DNA from: an uncultured Gemmatimonadales bacterium
GTDB lineage: Bacteria > Gemmatimonadota > Gemmatimonadetes > Longimicrobiales > Longimicrobiaceae
Assembly: GCA_963716255.1 (NCBI GenBank)
Contig: OY970303.1
Coordinates: 2,240,001-2,304,000, forward strand
Direction of reading: 5' to 3'
DNA length: 64,000 nucleotides
Within the stretch, counting starts at the first letter, position 1, and every line of letters begins with the position of its first letter. Positions 1 to 31,347 of this stretch are shown piece by piece. The position numbers and the translations under genes were made by a program. The notes under the pieces were generated by a model. It saw only the letters and a list, made by a program, of their open reading frames with translations, had not been told where the DNA came from and ran no database searches.

Positions 1-1690
1 CGAAGAAGCTCGCCTCCACCCCCACCCGCTCCAGCCCCAGCACCTCCGCCCAGATCCCCGCCAGCACCTCCTCCCCCACCGTGCGCGGCGCCACGTACTC
101 CGCCTCCGCACCCCGCTCCGGAGCCGGAAGCGCACGCCGGTCCACCTTGCCGTTGGGCGTCAGCGGAATGCTCGCCAGCACCACCAGGGCGCCCGGCACC
201 ATGTGCTCCGGAAGACGGCCCCCCACGCCCGCCCGCAGCGCCCCGGCGGACAGCTCCACCCCCGCCCGCGGCACCACGTAGCCCACCAGCCGCTTCTGCC
301 CCGGTGCGTCCTCCCGCACCACCACCACCGCCTCGTGCACCCCCGCCTGCTCCAGCAGCGCGGCCTCCACCTCCCCCGGCTCGATCCGGAAGCCCCGCAC
401 CTTCACCTGCGCGTCGGTCCGCCCCAGGAACTCCAGCTCCCCGTCCCCGCGGCGGCGCACCCGGTCCCCCGTCCGGTACAGCCGAGCCCCGGGATCCGCC
501 GAGAACGGGTCCGGCGCGAACTTCTCCGCCGTCAGCTCCGGCAACCCCAGGTAGCCGCGCGCCACCCCCGCCCCCGACAGGCACAGCTCCCCGGGAACCC
601 CCGCCGGAAGCAGGTTCCCCCACGCGTCCACCACGTGCATCCCCACCCCGGGCAGCGGACGCCCCACCATCTGCCAGCCCGGGCGCTCGCCCCGACGCAG
701 CGGCGTCGCCGAGCTGATGATGGTCCCCTCCGTGGGCCCGTACATCGCCCACACCTGCGCCGCGGGGAAGGCGCCCTGCATCTGCTCCAGCAGGTCGGGC
801 GCGATCGCGTCGCCGCCCACGAACACCCGCCGCAGCCGCGGCAGCGTCCCCGGACCCGCCTGCACCCGCGCCGCGACCTCGCGCATCAGCGCGGGCACCG
901 CGTGCACCGCGTCGACGGTCGCCAGCTCCTCCACCAGCCCTTCCACGTCCTGCACGCTCTCCCGTCCCAGCAGCCGCACCTGCCCACCAGCCAGCAGCGG
1001 CGCGAACACCTCGAACGCCCAGATGTCGAAGGCAAAGCTCGCCAGCGCCGGCATCACCTCCCCGGCCTGCATCCCGAAGGTCGTGCGGGTGCTCAGCAGC
1101 GTGCCCGCCAGGCTGGCGTGCTCCACCACCACCCCCTTGGGCCGGCCCGTCGAGCCCGAGGTGTAGATGACGTACGCCGCGTCGTGGAGGTCGGCGCCGC
1201 TCGCGGGCGCCTCGTCCGATTCGGCGGCGATCGCGTCGCGGTCCGCGTCCAGGCGGACGACCTCGCCCGCGAAGGCGGGGAGCACCTCCGGCAGCCGACC
1301 CTGCGAGACCAGCAGCGAAGCGCCGGAGTCGGACAGGGTGTAGGCCAGGCGCTCGGCGGGATAGGCGGGGTCCAGCGGCACGTAAGCGCCCCCGGCCTTG
1401 AGGATCCCCAGCACCCCGACGACCATCTCCACGCCGCGCTCCAGGCAGAGGCCCACCCGCACCTCCGGACCCACGCCCCGGCGGCGCAGGTGCTGCGCGA
1501 GCCGGTTGGCCCTGCGCTCCAGCTCGGCGTACGTCAGCGTCTCGTCGCCGAAGGCGACCGCCGGCGCACCGGGCGTGCGTGCCGCCTGCTCCGACAACAG
1601 CTCGTGCACACACGCCAGGGGCAGCCCCAGCGGCGGAGTGGCCGATGCGTGCAGCAGCTGGACGCGCTCCGCCTCCCGCAGCAGCGACAG
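1..1690. repeat. Copy 2 of near-identical A(-T) domain duplication (partner 3196-4885, offset 3195 bp)
   Basis: Position 1 cgaagaagctcgcctccacc recurs at 3196, and the two copies track almost base for base across the whole A domain. Confidence 0.93.
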
Positions 1691-4600
1691 CCCGGAAAGG
1701 CGTCTCTCCGGGTCGGCCGCGGCGAGCTCCAGCAGGGTCTCCAGGTGCCCCGCCATCCGTGCGATCGTCCCGGCATCGAAGAGCGCCGCGCGGTAGGCGA
1801 AGGCTCCGGCCAGCTCCCCTCCGGTGTCCGTGAGCACCAGGTCCAGGTCGAACTTCGCCACGCGCTCGCGGCCGTCGAACGGCTCCGCCTCCAGGTTTCC
1901 CAGCTCCAGCCGCTCGCCGTTCCCGCCCAGGGGGTTCAGGGTGAAGATGGTCTGGAAGACCGGCGTGTGCGTCAGGCTGCGCTCCACGCTCAGCTCCTCC
2001 ACCAGGCGCTCGAAGGGAAGCTCCTGGTGGTCGTACGCTCCCAGCGTCGTCTCCCGGACCCGCTCCAGCAGCTCCGCCGAGCCGGGATCTCCGGCCAGGT
2101 CGGCGCGCAGCGCCAGCATGTTGACGAAGAAACCGATCAGCCCTTCCGTCTCCCGCCGGTTCCGCCCCGCGACCGGACTGCCCACCACCACGTCGTCCTG
2201 CCCGGCGTAGCGGCCCAGCAGCGCCTGCCACCCGGCCAGGGTCGTCATGAACAGCGTGGTCCCCAGCCTCCGCGAGAGAGCCCGCAACCCGTCCGACAAC
2301 CTGGAAGACAGGACGAAGTGGTGGCTACCCGCGCGCGGATCATGTCCCACGGCCGCAAGGCGCGGGCGGTCGGTGGGGATCTCCAGCAGCGGGGGGGCGC
2401 CGCCCAGCTTCTCCTTCCAGTAGCCGAGCTGCCGCTCCAGGGTCTCGCCGCGCAGCCAGGCGCGCTGCCACACCGCGTAGTCGGCGTACTGCACCGCCAG
2501 CTCCGCGAGCGGGGACGGCTCCCCCCGGCTCTGCGCCGCGTACAGGGCGGACAGCTCGCGCACCAGCACCCCCATGCTCCACCCGTCGCTGACCACGTGG
2601 TGCAGCGTGAAGCACAGCACGTGGTCCTCCTCGGCGAGACGCAGCAGCGTGCTGCGCAGCAGGGGGCCGCGCGCCAGGTCGAAGGGCCGCAGCGACTCCT
2701 CGCCCGCCAGCCGCCCGGCAGCCGCCTCCCGGGTCTCCGCGGGGAGGGCCGCCAGGTCCAGGACCGGCAGCGGCACCGCGGCGGCCGGGTGGATGACCTG
2801 CACGGGCGCGCCGTCCCGCTCCGCGAACGTGGTGCGCAGCGTCTCGTGCCGCCGCACCAGCGCGTCCACGCTCCCCCGCAGCGCCGACGCGTCCAGCGCC
2901 CCGCGCAGCCGCAGCGCAAAGGGCATGTTGTACGCGGCGCTCCCCGGCTCCAGCCGGTCCACCACCCACAGCCGCTGCTGCGCGAACGACAGCGGCAGCG
3001 GCAGCGGTTCCCCACGCGACACCCGCTCGATCGGCGGCGCCAGCGCGGTCCCGGCGCCGCGCAGCCCCTCGATCCGCCCCGCCAGCGCGGACACCGTCTG
3101 CGCCTCGAACAGCGCACGCAGCGGCACTTCCACCCCGAACGCCTGGCGCGCACGCGAGACCACCTGCGTCGCCAGCAGCGAGTGCCCCCCAAGCTCGAAG
3201 AAGCTCGCCTCCACCCCCACCCGCTCCAGCCCCAGCACCTCCGCCCAGATCCCCGCCAGCACCTCCTCCCCCACCGTGCGCGGCGCCACGTACTCCGCCT
3301 CCGCACCCCGCTCCGGAGCCGGAAGCGCACGCCGGTCCACCTTGCCGTTGGGCGTCAGCGGAATGCTCGCCAGCACCACCAGGGCGCCCGGCACCATGTG
3401 CTCCGGAAGACGGCCGCCCACGCCCGCCCGCAGCTCCCCGGCGGACAGCTCCACCCCCGCCCGCGGCACCACGTAGCCCACCAGCCGCTTCTGCCCCGGC
3501 GTGTCCTCCCGCACCACCACCACCGCCTCGTGCACCCCCGCCTGCTCCAGCAGCGCGGCCTCCACCTCCCCCGGCTCGATCCGGAAGCCCCGCACCTTCA
3601 CCTGCGCGTCGGTCCGCCCCAGGAACTCCAGCTCCCCGTCCCCGCGGCGGCGCACCCGGTCCCCCGTACGGTACAGCCGAGCCCCGGGATCCGCCGAGAA
3701 CGGGTCCGGCGCGAACTTCTCCGCCGTCAGCTCCGGCAACCCCAGGTAGCCGCGCGCCACCCCCGCCCCCGACAGGCACAGCTCCCCGGGAACCCCCGCC
3801 GGAAGCAGGTTCCCCCACGCGTCCACCACGTGCATCCCCACCCCGGGCAGCGGACGCCCCACCATCTGCCAGCCCGGGCGCTCGCCCCGACGCAGCGGTG
3901 TCGCCGAGCTGATGATGGTCCCCTCCGTGGGCCCGTACATCGCCCACACCTGCGCCGCGGGGAAGGCGCCCTGCATCTGCTCCAGCAGGTCGGGCGCGAT
4001 CGCGTCGCCGCCCACGAACACCCGCCGCAGCCGCGGCAGCGTCCCCGGACCCGCCTGCACCCGCGCCGCGACCTCGCGCATCAGCGCCGGCACCGCGTGC
4101 ACCGCGTCGACGGTCGCCAGCTCCTCCACCAGCCCTTCCACGTCCTGCACGCTCTCCCGTCCCAGCAGCCGCACCTGCCCACCGGCCAGCAGCGGCGCGA
4201 ACACCTCGAACGCCCAGATGTCGAAGGCAAAGCTCGCCAGCGCCGGCATCACCTCCCCGGCCTGCATCCCGAAGGTCGTGCGGGTGCTCAGCAGCGTGCC
4301 CGCCAGGCTGGCGTGCTCCACCACCACCCCCTTCGGCCGCCCCGTCGAGCCCGAGGTGTAGACGACGTACGCCGCGTCGTGGAGGTCGGCGCCGCTCGCG
4401 GGCGCCTCGTCCGATTCGGCGGCGATCGCGTCGCGGTCCGCGTCCAGGCGGACGACCTCGCCCGCGAAGGCGGGGAGCACCTCCAGCAGCCGGCCGTGCG
4501 TCAGCAGCAGCGAAGCGCCGGAGTCGGACAGGGTGTAGGCCAGGCGCTCGGCGGGATAGGCGGGGTCCAGCGGCACGTAGGCGCCCCCGGCCTTGAGGAT

Positions 4601-6325
4601 CCCCAGCACCCCGACGACCATCTCCACGCCGCGCTCCAGGCAGAGGCCCACCCGCACCTCCGGACCCACGCCCAGGCGGCGCAGGTGGTGCGCGAGCCGG
4701 TTGGCCCTGCGCTCCAGCTCGGCGTACGTCAGCGTCTCGTCGCCGAAGGCGACCGCCGGCGCACCGGGCGTGCGTGCGGCCTGTTCCGACAACAGCTCGT
4801 GCACACACGCCAGGGCGAGCCCCAGCGGCGCGGTGCCCGATGCGTGCAGCAGCTGGACGCGCTCCTCCTCCCGCAGCAGCGACAGATCCGAGAGCCGCCG
4901 GTCGGGCGCGGCCGACATCGCCTCCAGGATCACCTCGAGGTGCCCGGCCATGCCCGCGACCATGTCCGCCCCGAAGAGCGGTGCCCGGTAGGCGATCGTT
5001 GCGCTCAGCCCCTCTCCCTGCTCGAGAACGGTCAGGTTGAGGTCGAACTTGGCGACGTGGTCTCCGCTCTCCAGCGGTTCCAGCGCCAGCCCGCCCAGCG
5101 ACAGCCGCTCCTTCCCACCCGCCTTCCGCAGCGCGAAAGCGACCTGGAAGATGGGCGCGTGCGTGAGGCTGCGCTCCACGCCCAGCGCCTCCACCAGGCG
5201 ATCGAAGGGAAGCGCCTGGTGGGCGTACCCCCCCAGCGCCGTCTTTCGCACCCGTCCCAGCAGCTCGCGCCAGGTGGGGTCCCCCGACAGGTCGCCGCGC
5301 AGCGGGAGCATGTTGACGAAGAAGCCGATCAGTCCCTCCAGCTCCACTCGCGTCCGCCCGGCGATCGGGGTGCCCACCACCACGTCGTCCTGCCCCGCGT
5401 AGCACCCCAGGAGCACCTGCCACGCCGCCAGGACCGTCATGAACAGCGTCGTCTCCTCCCGCGCCGTCAGCATCCGCAGCCGCTCGGCCAGCTGCGGCGA
5501 CAGCGTGAAGCCGTGGCTCCCCGCGCGCGAGCCCTGTGCAGGGACGCGCGGACGGTCGGTGGGAACCTCCAGCAGCGGAGGAGCGCCGGCCAGGCGCTCC
5601 TTCCAGTAGCCGATCTGCTCCTCCAGCACCTCACCGCTGAGCCAGCTCCGCTGCCAGACGGCGTAGTCCGCGTACTGCACCGGCAGCTGCGGAAGCGCCG
5701 GCTCCTCGCCGCGGCTCAGGGCGGCGTAGAGGGCGGACACCTCCCGCACCAGCACGTCCATGCTCCAGCCGTCGCTGACGATGTGGTGCAGCGTGAAGCA
5801 GAGCACGTGATCCTCCTCCCCCAGGCGCAGCAGCATGCTTCGCAGCAGGGGCCCGCGCGCCAGGTCGAACGGACGCATCGCCTCGTCGGCGGCGAGCCGC
5901 TCCGCGTGGGGCACCGGATCCGCGGCGCCGCGCAGGTCGATGACCGGCAGCCTCGCCGCGGCCGGGGGATGGATGGTCTGCACGGGCGCGCCGCCGCGCT
6001 CCTCGAAGCTGGTCCGCAGCGCCTCGTGCCGCTTCAACAGCTCGCCGATGCTCGCCTCCAGCGCGGCCGTATCCAGCGCGCCTCGCAGCCGGAGCGTGGA
6101 AGGCATGTTGTAGGCGGGGCTGCCCGGGTCCAGCCGGTCCACCAGCCACAGCCGCTGCTGCGCGAACGACAGCGGGAACGGCCCTGGCCCCCTGCGGCGG
6201 GGGATTCCGGCCTGGACCTCGGAGGCTTTCCGAGAGCGCAGCAGGTCCTGAAGGAGCAGCTGCCTGCTGTCGGAAGAAAGCCGTCCGAGACGCGTCCCTG
6301 CTCCGTCCGTTCGATCCTGGCTCAT
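1..6325 (-). CDS. NRPS, 3' end outside window: C-A-T-C-A-T(partial)
   Basis: ATG at 6325 (MSQDRTDG...LSSDSRQLLLQDLL...PLSFAQQRLW). C motifs HHIVSDGWS/HHVVSDGWS, A motifs YTSGSTGRPKG, YGPTEG and YRTGD, T motif FFELGGHSLL. Missing from the ORF track because no stop codon lies inside the window. Confidence 0.95.
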   Translation of the reverse strand, partial: MSQDRTDGAGTRLGRLSSDSRQLLLQDLLRSRKASEVQAGIPRRRGPGPFPLSFAQQRLWLVDRLDPGSPAYNMPSTLRLRGALDTAALEASIGELLKRHEALRTSFEERGGAPVQTIHPPAAARLPVIDLRGAADPVPHAERLAADEAMRPFDLARGPLLRSMLLRLGEEDHVLCFTLHHIVSDGWSMDVLVREVSALYAALSRGEEPALPQLPVQYADYAVWQRSWLSGEVLEEQIGYWKERLAGAPPLLEVPTDRPRVPAQGSRAGSHGFTLSPQLAERLRMLTAREETTLFMTVLAAWQVLLGCYAGQDDVVVGTPIAGRTRVELEGLIGFFVNMLPLRGDLSGDPTWRELLGRVRKTALGGYAHQALPFDRLVEALGVERSLTHAPIFQVAFALRKAGGKERLSLGGLALEPLESGDHVAKFDLNLTVLEQGEGLSATIAYRAPLFGADMVAGMAGHLEVILEAMSAAPDRRLSDLSLLREEERVQLLHASGTAPLGLALACVHELLSEQAARTPGAPAVAFGDETLTYAELERRANRLAHHLRRLGVGPEVRVGLCLERGVEMVVGVLGILKAGGAYVPLDPAYPAERLAYTLSDSGASLLLTHGRLLEVLPAFAGEVVRLDADRDAIAAESDEAPASGADLHDAAYVVYTSGSTGRPKGVVVEHASLAGTLLSTRTTFGMQAGEVMPALASFAFDIWAFEVFAPLLAGGQVRLLGRESVQDVEGLVEELATVDAVHAVPALMREVAARVQAGPGTLPRLRRVFVGGDAIAPDLLEQMQGAFPAAQVWAMYGPTEGTIISSATPLRRGERPGWQMVGRPLPGVGMHVVDAWGNLLPAGVPGELCLSGAGVARGYLGLPELTAEKFAPDPFSADPGARLYRTGDRVRRRGDGELEFLGRTDAQVKVRGFRIEPGEVEAALLEQAGVHEAVVVVREDTPGQKRLVGYVVPRAGVELSAGELRAGVGGRLPEHMVPGALVVLASIPLTPNGKVDRRALPAPERGAEAEYVAPRTVGEEVLAGIWAEVLGLERVGVEASFFELGGHSLLATQVVSRARQAFGVEVPLRALFEAQTVSALAGRIEGLRGAGTALAPPIERVSRGEPLPLPLSFAQQRLWVVDRLEPGSAAYNMPFALRLRGALDASALRGSVDALVRRHETLRTTFAERDGAPVQVIHPAAAVPLPVLDLAALPAETREAAAGRLAGEESLRPFDLARGPLLRSTLLRLAEEDHVLCFTLHHVVSDGWSMGVLVRELSALYAAQSRGEPSPLAELAVQYADYAVWQRAWLRGETLERQLGYWKEKLGGAPPLLEIPTDRPRLAAVGHDPRAGSHHFVLSSRLSDGLRALSRRLGTTLFMTTLAGWQALLGRYAGQDDVVVGSPVAGRNRRETEGLIGFFVNMLALRADLAGDPGSAELLERVRETTLGAYDHQELPFERLVEELSVERSLTHTPVFQTIFTLNPLGGNGERLELGNLEAEPFDGRERVAKFDLDLVLTDTGGELAGAFAYRAALFDAGTIARMAGHLETLLELAAADPERRLSGLSLLREAERVQLLHASATPPLGLPLACVHELLSEQAARTPGAPAVAFGDETLTYAELERRANRLAQHLRRRGVGPEVRVGLCLERGVEMVVGVLGILKAGGAYVPLDPAYPAERLAYTLSDSGASLLVSQGRLPEVLPAFAGEVVRLDADRDAIAAESDEAPASGADLHDAAYVIYTSGSTGRPKGVVVEHASLAGTLLSTRTTFGMQAGEVMPALASFAFDIWAFEVFAPLLAGGQVRLLGRESVQDVEGLVEELATVDAVHAVPALMREVAARVQAGPGTLPRLRRVFVGGDAIAPDLLEQMQGAFPAAQVWAMYGPTEGTIISSATPLRRGERPGWQMVGRPLPGVGMHVVDAWGNLLPAGVPGELCLSGAGVARGYLGLPELTAEKFAPDPFSADPGARLYRTGDRVRRRGDGELEFLGRTDAQVKVRGFRIEPGEVEAALLEQAGVHEAVVVVREDAPGQKRLVGYVVPRAGVELSAGALRAGVGGRLPEHMVPGALVVLASIPLTPNGKVDRRALPAPERGAEAEYVAPRTVGEEVLAGIWAEVLGLERVGVEASFF
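3196..4885. repeat. Copy 1 of near-identical A(-T) domain duplication (partner 1-1690)
   Basis: Direct comparison. A more diverged third relative is the module-4 A domain at about 13070-14560. Confidence 0.93.
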
Positions 6326-6365
6326 GATTGCAGCGTTCGTGGATGTGTCGGTGGCTTCGGCTTCG

Positions 6366-27572
<21,207 letters not shown>

Positions 27573-28053
27573 TGGACCGGGTACCGGTGCGGAGGTGGCC
27601 AGCAGGGCGCACCGTCGTTCTTGAGCCTGAGGGTGCCATGGTGCGCCGTGGGGAGGTGCCTCGCCCCTCAGCACCGCTCGGCACCGGCTTCGTCAGAGAA
27701 TCCACGTGCGCAGGTCCACCGGGCGCCATTCGCCGGACGAGCATCGAAGCTCGATCCGCACCCGCGGGGATAGACCGTGGGGACCACCTGGAAATAGCTT
27801 TCCCGTAACCATTACGGGACGCGCCCGCGCGCAGGCGTTGAGCACGAATGAGGCGTAAGGAACGGCTCCCCGGTGCTGTCCTGGGGGGCAGGCCCCAACG
27901 GATGCCGGGCCCTCAGACCCCACCCGCAGAAGTCGGATGTCTCGTGAGTCGGGAAGTTACACCGGCGGGCTTGAGAGCTCTGGTCTGTTTCCCCACGATC
28001 CTGAAACGGCCTTGAATCAAACGGCAGGAACGGGACGCCTCACAATCGCCCTT

Positions 28054-28081
28054 AGTATAAAAGAGCCAGTAAGATAGTCAA
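28054..28081 (-). promoter_or_regulatory. sigma70-like promoter for the FAAL-NRPS operon
   Basis: Minus strand TTGACT (28081-28076), 16 nt spacer, TATACT (28059-28054), in the only AT-rich patch upstream of the NRPS. Confidence 0.65.
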
Positions 28082-28428
28082 GCTCAACCTGTCGCAAATC
28101 ATATGGTCGGGGTCACCGCCACGGGGTTCGCCGCGCCGGCTCGCGATCCCATCGCAGCTGAGCAGACTGTGGCCGTTCCAACGGGAGTGGTCAAGCCGCC
28201 GATCCGGCCGGACCTCCGCAGGCGAGTGCACGGGACGTCTGTCGACGTCGGCAGCCTACATCGCGTCGCCGTAGCGCGTTCGAACCGGTCGCCCGTCCCT
28301 CACCTGGGAAGCGGGCCAGAACGAAACCCGGCCCGCTTCGTCAGGAGCGCCTGCCCGCGTCGGCCATGGTGTTCCCCGGCAGCATCTCGTGGTCCAGGCG
28401 CGGGAAGAGCGGTCCCGGAACGGTGGGT

Positions 28429-28884
28429 TCAGGCCGTGCCCCGGAGCTGAAAGAGGAATTCTTCGGACCCGTCCGGACCCGCCGAAGGCTCGACACATCG
28501 ATGGAACCCGCATTTCTCGAGCACGCGGATCGAACGAGCATTGGCGTGCGCTACGTACGCGTAGACCGGACGCCTGTGCTCGTGAGCGCTCAGGAATTCC
28601 TGCACTGCCGCCGGTGCGATGCCCCGGCCCCAGAACTCCTTGCCGATCCAGTACGCGATCAGCCGTTTGCCGTCGCCGTCCCAGCTCGCGACGTAGCCCG
28701 CGACTTCGTGTTCGACGAGGATGGCCATCGCCCGATTGGCGGCGTCCGCGAAGACCCGGTTCCGCCAGTGCGCGAGGAACGCCTCCCAATCTCTCGCCGG
28801 GTAACCCGCAGCCTGGGTGGCGTCCGGATCCAGCTGGTGCTCGAACAGTGTTCGCAGGTCGCTTTCGAGCACGTCTCGCAGCAT
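28429..28884 (-). CDS. GNAT family (RimJ/RimL-like) N-acetyltransferase
   Basis: MLRDVLESDL...AYWIGKEFWGRGIA...NARSIRVLEKCGF; GGAG RBS before ATG 28884. Confidence 0.88.
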   Translation of the reverse strand: MLRDVLESDLRTLFEHQLDPDATQAAGYPARDWEAFLAHWRNRVFADAANRAMAILVEHEVAGYVASWDGDGKRLIAYWIGKEFWGRGIAPAAVQEFLSAHEHRRPVYAYVAHANARSIRVLEKCGFHRCVEPSAGPDGSEEFLFQLRGTA

Positions 28885-28900
28885 CGTGGCGTTCTCCGTG

Positions 28901-28993
28901 GGCCTGAAGTGAAAGGACAGGCCGTGTGCGGCCGGGGAGGACAGCGGTCGTTCAGGTGACTCGCCGCGCGTCGGCGTCATCCTGTTGTTCGGC
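28901..28993 (-). mobile_element. Degenerate attC-like site
   Basis: GCCGAAC-AACAGGATGACGCCG ... CGGCCTGTCCTT ... TTCAGGCC. Imperfect inverted repeat with an eroded R' box, lying directly upstream of the GNAT RBS. Confidence 0.45.
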
Positions 28994-28994
28994 G

Positions 28995-29230
28995 GCGCTG
29001 CACCCGGCGGTGAACCCGCTGACCGCCGCCCGGGCCGCCTGGAGCAGCGGATGCGGACCTGCAACCCTCACCACCCAGGCTGAAGTCAGCGCGGCAACGC
29101 GCTGCACACTCGCCTCAGGCACCAGGCGGTCCCGTGTTCCGCGCAGGTACTCGACGCGCCCCGGGCATCGAGCAAGCCATGCTCCCGCATCCACGGTCCG
29201 CACCGACCAGCGCAACACGCTGCGTGACAA
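28995..29230 (-). pseudogene. C-terminal fragment of an alpha/beta hydrolase
   Basis: ...LARCPGRVEYLRGTRDRLVP...VAGPHPLLQA resembles the Asp/His half of the fold; no N-terminal half or credible start. Confidence 0.5.
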
Positions 29231-29249
29231 CAGGATCCGCGACCGCCCC

Positions 29250-29654
29250 TCAGCCCAGGGCATGCGCGGCGGACCTGCTGCCGCCTCTCGGTGCGATCGG
29301 CCGCATGCGCCACCTCGCGTAGGCGACGAAGGCACACAGGAGGAAAAGGATCGCGGTTGTGACGGCCGCGCTGGTCTCGCCCCTGGAGAGATGCAGCACG
29401 GTCGCGCTCGCGACGACGAAAGCGAGGCAGCCGGCAGCCACCGGCGTCAGCCACGGCATCTTCCGCGTCATCGCGGGCAGGAGCATGCCGACCGCACCGG
29501 CGATCTCCGCCACGCCCAGGAAGAATCGGAACGCGACGCCCAGCTGCTCGTTCATGATGGGAAGCAGCTCCGGCGGCGGGGAAACCAGCATCCAGCCGTG
29601 TGCGGCAAAGGCTGCGGCGAGCAGCGCCTGCAGGATCCAGAGCACGATGTTCAT
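29250..29654 (-). CDS. DoxX-like membrane protein
   Basis: MNIVLWILQALLAAAFAAHG...GVAEIAGAVGMLLP...LTPVAA, with about four hydrophobic segments. Confidence 0.85.
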   Translation of the reverse strand: MNIVLWILQALLAAAFAAHGWMLVSPPPELLPIMNEQLGVAFRFFLGVAEIAGAVGMLLPAMTRKMPWLTPVAAGCLAFVVASATVLHLSRGETSAAVTTAILFLLCAFVAYARWRMRPIAPRGGSRSAAHALG

Positions 29655-29859
29655 TGGCCAGCCCTCGTCTCGTGGGTGATCGCGACCTTTCTCACCCTGA
29701 ATGTCGAATGAGGGACGGCAGAATCGACACGCGGCTCGCTCGGTGGGCGATCCTGCAGGAGGTGGTGGCGAATCGGGACCCGCTGGGGCCACCCGATCGT
29801 CAGCCAGCGGGGATGGATGCCGGTCGCGCCGTAGTCATGCGGAACTCAAGGGCTCGCCG

Positions 29860-30846
29860 TCAACGTGGGCGTTTCGCGAGCCAGCTCTCCAGTCGGCTCC
29901 CGGCGAGCGAGTCCCGGGCGCTCGTGGAGTCGATCCACGCGCGGTACTGTGGCAGCGTCTTGAGATACGTCACGTACCGCGGATAGCTGCCCGGATCTTT
30001 CCCGTCGAGGATCTCCACCGAGGTCTTGACCGTCGCCTCGGCAAACGCGCGCCAGATGCGCTCGCCGAACGCCGCGGTCGCCAGGTGCGGCGCGCCGAGG
30101 TAGCCCGGCCATCCCGGCCGCTGGGCGACGGAGAAGGCCTCCGCGTATGTCGCGCCCGACACCGGCGGCGCCTGCCGATGGTCGGGCGCGACGAGATCGG
30201 GGCGCAGGTACAGCATCAGGCTGTGTTCATCCATCCCCGCGTGCAGCGACAGGCCGTCGGCGCGTTTCTCCGCGGCCGTCATGTCGGACATCGCTCCGCC
30301 CCATCCGCCCAGCACGGGGAGCAGGCCCCACAGGTTGACCATCGTGCCGCCGTACGTGTCGTGGAAGAAATCAGACGCATCGTCGAGCGCGCCGATGTGC
30401 AGGGGCGAGCCGTGCACGTGGACGACGAACACCCAGCGGAACCCCTGCTCGCCGAGCTCACTGGCCAGATCGACGAACGCCGCGCGGAGCGTCGAGGGGC
30501 GTATCGCGTACGTGCCCGGGAACGAATACTGGCGTCCGATCTCGTTGGAGCCGCTCGCGCCGGCCGCGATCGGCGGAAACACCAGGACGGTCCATCCCGG
30601 ACGGCGGCTCACGAGGCCGGCGGCGAGTTCGCTCGTCAGGCGGGCGCTGAGAATGCCATCGGTGAAGGCCGGCAGGTAGGGCCCGTGCTCCTCCAGCATG
30701 CCGCCCTGGAGAATGACCACCGTCTTTGCGCGATCGAGCGCGCGGATCTGGCGCGTATTCAGGTCCCCGACCTGCAGGACCTGCGCCGGGAGAGAGCGCG
30801 CGCCGACGAGCGCAAAAACAAGCAGCAGACAGAATCGGAGTGGCAT
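29860..30846 (-). CDS. Creatininase-family protein with N-terminal signal peptide
   Basis: GMLEEHGPYLPAFTD, HVHG and HAGMDEHS metal-binding motifs; MPLRFCLLLVFALVGA leader. Confidence 0.85.
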   Translation of the reverse strand: MPLRFCLLLVFALVGARSLPAQVLQVGDLNTRQIRALDRAKTVVILQGGMLEEHGPYLPAFTDGILSARLTSELAAGLVSRRPGWTVLVFPPIAAGASGSNEIGRQYSFPGTYAIRPSTLRAAFVDLASELGEQGFRWVFVVHVHGSPLHIGALDDASDFFHDTYGGTMVNLWGLLPVLGGWGGAMSDMTAAEKRADGLSLHAGMDEHSLMLYLRPDLVAPDHRQAPPVSGATYAEAFSVAQRPGWPGYLGAPHLATAAFGERIWRAFAEATVKTSVEILDGKDPGSYPRYVTYLKTLPQYRAWIDSTSARDSLAGSRLESWLAKRPR

Positions 30847-31134
30847 TTGATGCTCCGGACGCTGAAGGAGACCGACGGGAGAGGAGATGCTGCCGAACGA
30901 TTGTAGAAGTGGACCGGCCTCCAGACAACACCTGCACCTGTCGCCGTTGTCACCGACCAGCACTACACGCCGCGTGACAAACGGAATCCGCGACAACTCC
31001 TCGGTCAGCTTACCTGCACAGGGTCGTTCCAGTTCCGGGACTTCCAGACTTGGAGCGACCGGCAGTGGAACTCATGAATGCACCGTCCTCAGGACCCGCC
31101 ACCTGCCACAGGACTACGTCGGGAGGCGTAGGCT

Positions 31135-31222
31135 GAGCCTGGAAGAACGGATCGTCCCGCAATGCCGCGAACGCGGCCTCCAGCGCCATATCGCGGTACA
31201 GCTCGATCCACTCGCCCGTGCG
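31135..31222 (-). pseudogene. Short C-terminal fragment of a hypothetical protein
   Basis: TGEWIELYRDMALEAAFAALRDDPFFQ reads as real coding sequence but has no start; family uncertain. Confidence 0.3.
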
Positions 31223-31347
31223 CCGCTTCGCCGGAGTACTCGTCTCGCCACGCGCAGGGCGCTTCCGCGTTTCGATACTTAGGTATTTACAGAAGCATCC
31301 CGCCGTTGTAGAATCCCTGGGTCAGATCGGATGACCCGAGCATTGGG

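Noticed and set aside
27573..27674. N-terminal extensions in the ORF track (also 63489-63932, 28885-29064, 33083-33166, 42455-42640)
   Set aside because: They overlap other genes or attC sites or lack an RBS, and downstream starts fit the domain boundaries better.
30880..31020. Further attC-like sites (also near 28330-28430 and 34530-34620)
   Set aside because: Only partial box-like words, with no convincing paired R and L boxes.
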